Assembly (NCBI GenBank): GCA_030390025.1 | Contig: CM059432.1 | Location: 80,478,001-80,542,000 of the forward strand | Direction: 5' to 3' | DNA length: 64,000 nt | Source of the DNA: Squalus acanthias | Taxonomy: Eukaryota | In this document: piece after piece, positions 60,023 through 64,000 of the stretch | How positions within the stretch are numbered: position 1 is the stretch's first letter | How the letters are laid out: each line of letters opens with the position of its first letter | The notes under the pieces: generated by a model | Seen by the model: the letters and a program-made list of their open reading frames with translations, nothing else | What the model was told of the DNA's origin: nothing | The model's database searches: none | Made by a program: the position numbers and the translations under genes

Positions 60023-61024
60023 GACTGTGAGGAAGTGGTGTGAGCAGAAGCCTTTAATGAGAATGAAGGCGTTCTCCACTTGTAGCATCACTCCCTTCGA
60101 ACTCAGAAACTTTATAAACAAGTTTAGAAAGCTGCAAGAGTTGCAGAAACTTAGACAGAGCCAGTAAAACTGAGAAACCGTGTCAGCTGCAAGTTGTTGA
60201 TGATGATCCCTGTAGATAGCACTGCTGGGTGCTCCTTTCTGCTGCTGAACTCTTGGTCAGCTGGTCGTGATTAAGAGAGGGCGGTAAGTGGAGCGGCGAC
60301 GTCGAAAATGGCAGAACATGCATCAAATCAGCGTTGCACACCCATTGACCTCACGATCTGCCTCATTTCCATTTCTCTAGCGAGCACTGGCAACGGCAGC
60401 GCTGCCGACCTGCCGAAAATGGCAGCCGCCACGGGACCTGCCGGAAGCTGCTGGAAGTGAGTCGGCCGCCATTTTTTCATCAATGTGGGTCCTAATGCCC
60501 GGCGCTAAACCCCCGAATTTCTAGGCCACTATCACCACAGGACTGCAGTGGTTCAAGGAAAAAGCCCACCACCACCTTCTCAGGGCAATTAGGGATAGGC
60601 AATAAATGTGATGTTGTGCACATCTCCAGAAATTTTTAAAAATGTGGCACTTAAATATTAAGTGGAGTCCAGATAAACCGGTGTTCTTTGTGTAAAGTGC
60701 ATAGCAGAACAGGCTGGAAGGACGGAATGGCCTACTCCTGTTCCTATGTTCCTATATTCTTGATATGATGAGTGGAGCCTAATTATTAAAATACTATTCA
60801 AACAACTTTTCCCATTTCAAATTAAAGTTTAAAATTATAGCATTGTACATCCTTGTATGTTTAATGTGTGGACAAGTCCATTGCTTGCTGTTGACCGCAA
60901 GATACAGTAACCAGTTGGTGTTACGTTTAATAACATATGCTTATCTCAAATGAAGGGGAGGCATCATTACAAATTAAACAAACAAGGGCATCTGTTTTTG
61001 GAGTTGAAAATTAGAAAAAAACTT

Positions 61025-61754
61025 ACTACCATAATTTGCTGTCAAAATAACGGTGAGCCTAATGGTGCGCCCCATTATTTATGCGCAAATACTACAGCAA
61101 CTTCAGGCGAGAGCAGTTGCTGTCAAAGTTGCGCTGCTCTGCCATTAACTTCATGAAAACGGCATCTTGCTATCTGGTTCACCATTGAAATGCATTGAGT
61201 GGCGTGATGTTGCTGTATTTGCACGGTAGATATGAATTAAACTTGCCACTGAAAATTAAGTCTTGTACCCTTTTAATGATGTGATAAGTGTTAATTACTG
61301 ACAAACAAACTCTTTGGCACTGAAAATTAACCTATTGCAAGTGTGGCATCTCATTCCTTTAGGTTTTAATTGTTGTTGGAGATTTTAAAAATATAAAATT
61401 TAAATTTTTTTTCCTTTTCCTTTCTGTCTCTTTTTTCTTTCTCTCTTAATCCAATCTTTCTTTCCTCTCTTTTATTCTCTTTCTGTACCTGATTTGGCAT
61501 TGAATTTACCCACTCTAATTTACACTTCCTTCTCAGTCCTTGCGCTGTTAATTTCACAATCCTTCAGTCTGATTTTAAGGATATACAGAGTTGCTTGTCC
61601 TCTTCACTCAGATCCCAGATTCCCAGTTTCCCTCGCTGCAACGTTTGCATTTTTAGCAACTTGCCACGCAAAAAATTTAAAAACCTAAACGTGCAAAGGC
61701 AAGTCTAACTAATGGCAGGCACCATTAGATTCACTCCTACAGCAAACTATGGCC
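61025..61754. mobile_element. Degenerate non-autonomous DNA element (Harbinger-type end)
   Basis: aatttgctgt near the left end and acagcaaactatggccc at the right end form an imperfect TIR. Confidence 0.4.
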
Positions 61755-63489
61755 CATTCAGTGTTCACCATACTAAGAGATGTGGGCCTTAGCTTGCTGC
61801 CCTCACTAACTCCCTCCCCCACACCTTCAGTGAGAGGTGAGGTGCCCCGCTGACCCTAGCCATAATTCTGGCCCCAGGGTCATTTACATGTGGAGATGGT
61901 CACCCGGCCTCTGCCAGGGATTTGCTGCAACAAGCCTCAGGGCCTGCTGCAATGGGAGAGAGGTGGCCAGCAAATTGCCTTTGTAAAACAATAAATTATT
62001 TAAAGAACGTGGCATTACACTAATGGATGTTGTGCTCTGAGAGTGCTTGCACAGGCCCCTCTTCAGTTTATGCCACGCTGCCTCCTCTGACGATCTCCGA
62101 AAGCTGGGGCCTAACAGATGGCTGCAGCATCTGGTGTTACCAGAGAGCAAATGATGGGAAAAACAGTGTTTTCCTCATTTGCACATCTTTACCATGCACC
62201 AACCTACATATGGGTAGGTGCAGGTTCCCCTGAAAGGACAGGGCACTTTATTGGTGGGCAGCCATCCCCGAATTCCATCTCTGCCTGCCCCAGATCTGTT
62301 GATAAATTGGGTATGGAAGTCCGAAAGTCTAGGTCATAATTTGTATATGCCAACACTCGAAACATTTTGAACAAAGAACACCCATCAGGGGCTCACAAGC
62401 TGGTTTCAGAGATTCTGCAAAGCCAGCTAATTAAGGAGCTGTATGGAAATTATTAAACTGCAAATTAATGCGGATTAGAACATTGTTGTCAACTGACTCC
62501 ATTGTTTTTGGTACCTCAGCCATTCGTTCTAGTGCAGTTCTAGTAGTGAAAGCTATTTAGAGAAGGAGAAAGAAACAGAGGGGAACTTTTATGACAAAGA
62601 CAGAATTCTGTGCCAGTTTCACAGTCAAAATCACTGAGCACTTGGGGCCCTGCAAGTAACTTACTGTTGCATATGTTATGTGCTTTGTGATAACATAGAA
62701 ACAATCTCAGGCTACACAGCAGCAATGGTAGGAGATTTCTTCATGATTAAACCAAAGTTAATTAGTTTAACCCCTTAGTGATCTGCAGTGTTCCCTAAAA
62801 AGGTCTGCTTACAGCACTTGCCTGATTATCGGTATATATTGTTTCAATTGTTGTTTGAATTTCTCTCCCCAATATATGAAATGTTTCCATTGAATTTGAA
62901 TCTTTTTCATACACAAATTTCATCCCAGAATACATTTCGGATGTGAAGCTCTTCTCTTTTATTTGTTGTTTGCTGCACAAATGATACCCACACTGTGGAG
63001 AAAGCTGTTCTGCAAGCAAAGTGAAGATTTATGCCATGGAATTCATTCCTCTTAATGAATTGTTCTTTTCCAAAGTACAATACAGTATCCTCTGATGCAT
63101 GTGCAAACAAGGATTGCAGTTTTCAGGGGAGACTAGATCATTTCAGTCGCATTTTTTTAATTAGTAAAGACAGACTATTATGTTTGGGGTGGGGTGGGGC
63201 GGGTGGTTCACACCAAAAGTCTACTTACAAGGTTTGCAGACTTTCTTCACTCTGGTAAAGTGCTGAGCATCTAAAAATTTCTTTATTTAAAATGGAATTT
63301 TCTGGCGCCCTAATGATTAATTTAGATCATGTCTGTAGACACTGGATCCTGGTCTTTTTGACTCATTTTAGATATTTTCTAAATGCCTGTTCGACTTAAA
63401 ATCTTAAAAGTATACACTTATGTGATTGTAATTTGTAGTGAATGTTTGCCTGTGATGGATACCATTACTATAAATAGTTATCAACAATG

Positions 63490-64000
63490 CCCTGTGACTC
63501 CAAATAATTGCATTGACCAGTATGTTCTTGGCTTAACTAGGAAGGAGGCATTGCTGGATCTGATGCTGGGGAATGAGGTGGGCCAGGTCGACCAAGTGTC
63601 TGTGGGAGAACACATGGGTACGAGTGATCATCGTATCATAAGATTTAGATTAACAATGGAGAGGAGCAAGGAACAATCTAGAGTGGAACTTCTAAACTGG
63701 AATAGGGCTAACTTCAATGGGATGCGAAAGGATCTAGCCAGGGTAAAATGGAACCAAAGACTGACAGGAAAAACTGTAATGGAACAATGGGTGATCTTTA
63801 AGGAGGAGATGTTCCAAGTACAGGCTAGGTACATTCCAACAAGAGGGAAGGGTAAGGGAACCAAAGCAAGGGCTCCTTGGATGACGGGGGAGATAGAGAA
63901 GATGATGAAACAAAAAAAAAGGGTGTATGATGCATGTCAGGTGAATTCTTCAAGGGAGAACCAGACCAAATACAATAAGTTGAGAGGGGAAGTGAAGATG
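63490..64000 (+). mobile_element. CR1 LINE ORF2 fragment running off the window
   Basis: TRKEALLDLMLGNEVGQV...GTSDHRIIRF...LNWNRANF...APWMT. Confidence 0.85.

Larger units (their letters stand above)
52350..60527. mobile_element. Full-length degenerate Harbinger/PIF transposon
   Basis: Perfect TIRs ggcctagaaatt ... aatttctaggcc. TSD ACT. Two convergent genes. CR1 and MITE nested inside. Confidence 0.93.
52010..60625 (+). mobile_element. tRNA-headed SINE (about 52010-52349 plus 60528-60625) split by a Harbinger
   Basis: Joining across TSD ACT gives gggagcact-atcaccacaggactgcagtggttcaagg...gggcaattagggat, the 3' tail of the 35.5-kb LINE family. Confidence 0.7.

Noticed and set aside
63150..63200. 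Next PREX2 exon (DKDYH...)
   Set aside because: agtaaagacagactat does not continue into the expected DEP2 peptide; the exon probably lies beyond the window.

Overview
Eukaryotic, repeat-dense intronic DNA. The repeat families (HE1-, SacSINE1- and LF-SINE-like SINEs, shark-type CR1, Penelope) point to a cartilaginous fish. The only host gene is PREX2 on the + strand: six internal GT-AG exons (10113-10225, 19940-20089, 34023-34167, 42618-42718, 45122-45225, 51416-51465) splice in frame and encode the C-terminal PH domain, DEP1 and the start of DEP2. The rest is mostly transposable elements: two young CR1 LINEs in inverted orientation; L2, RTE, L1-like and other CR1 fragments; a Tigger/pogo transposon; a full-length degenerate Harbinger (spliced Myb/SANT gene plus convergent transposase); many Harbinger-type MITEs, often nested, with 3-bp TSDs; Penelope pieces with hammerhead-ribozyme-like motifs; and a 25-bp minisatellite. 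The best leads are: (1) an ORF1-less LINE that seems to start with a tRNA-derived SINE head, with a head-plus-tail deletion derivative in the same window; (2) a mirror-image CR1+MITE inverted repeat bracketing six exons that total 663 nt in one frame (circRNA candidate); (3) promoter-only and splice-donor-bearing Harbinger MITEs; (4) a fold-back Penelope derivative with a 14-bp TSD. Family names come from motif recognition and memory, not from database searches.
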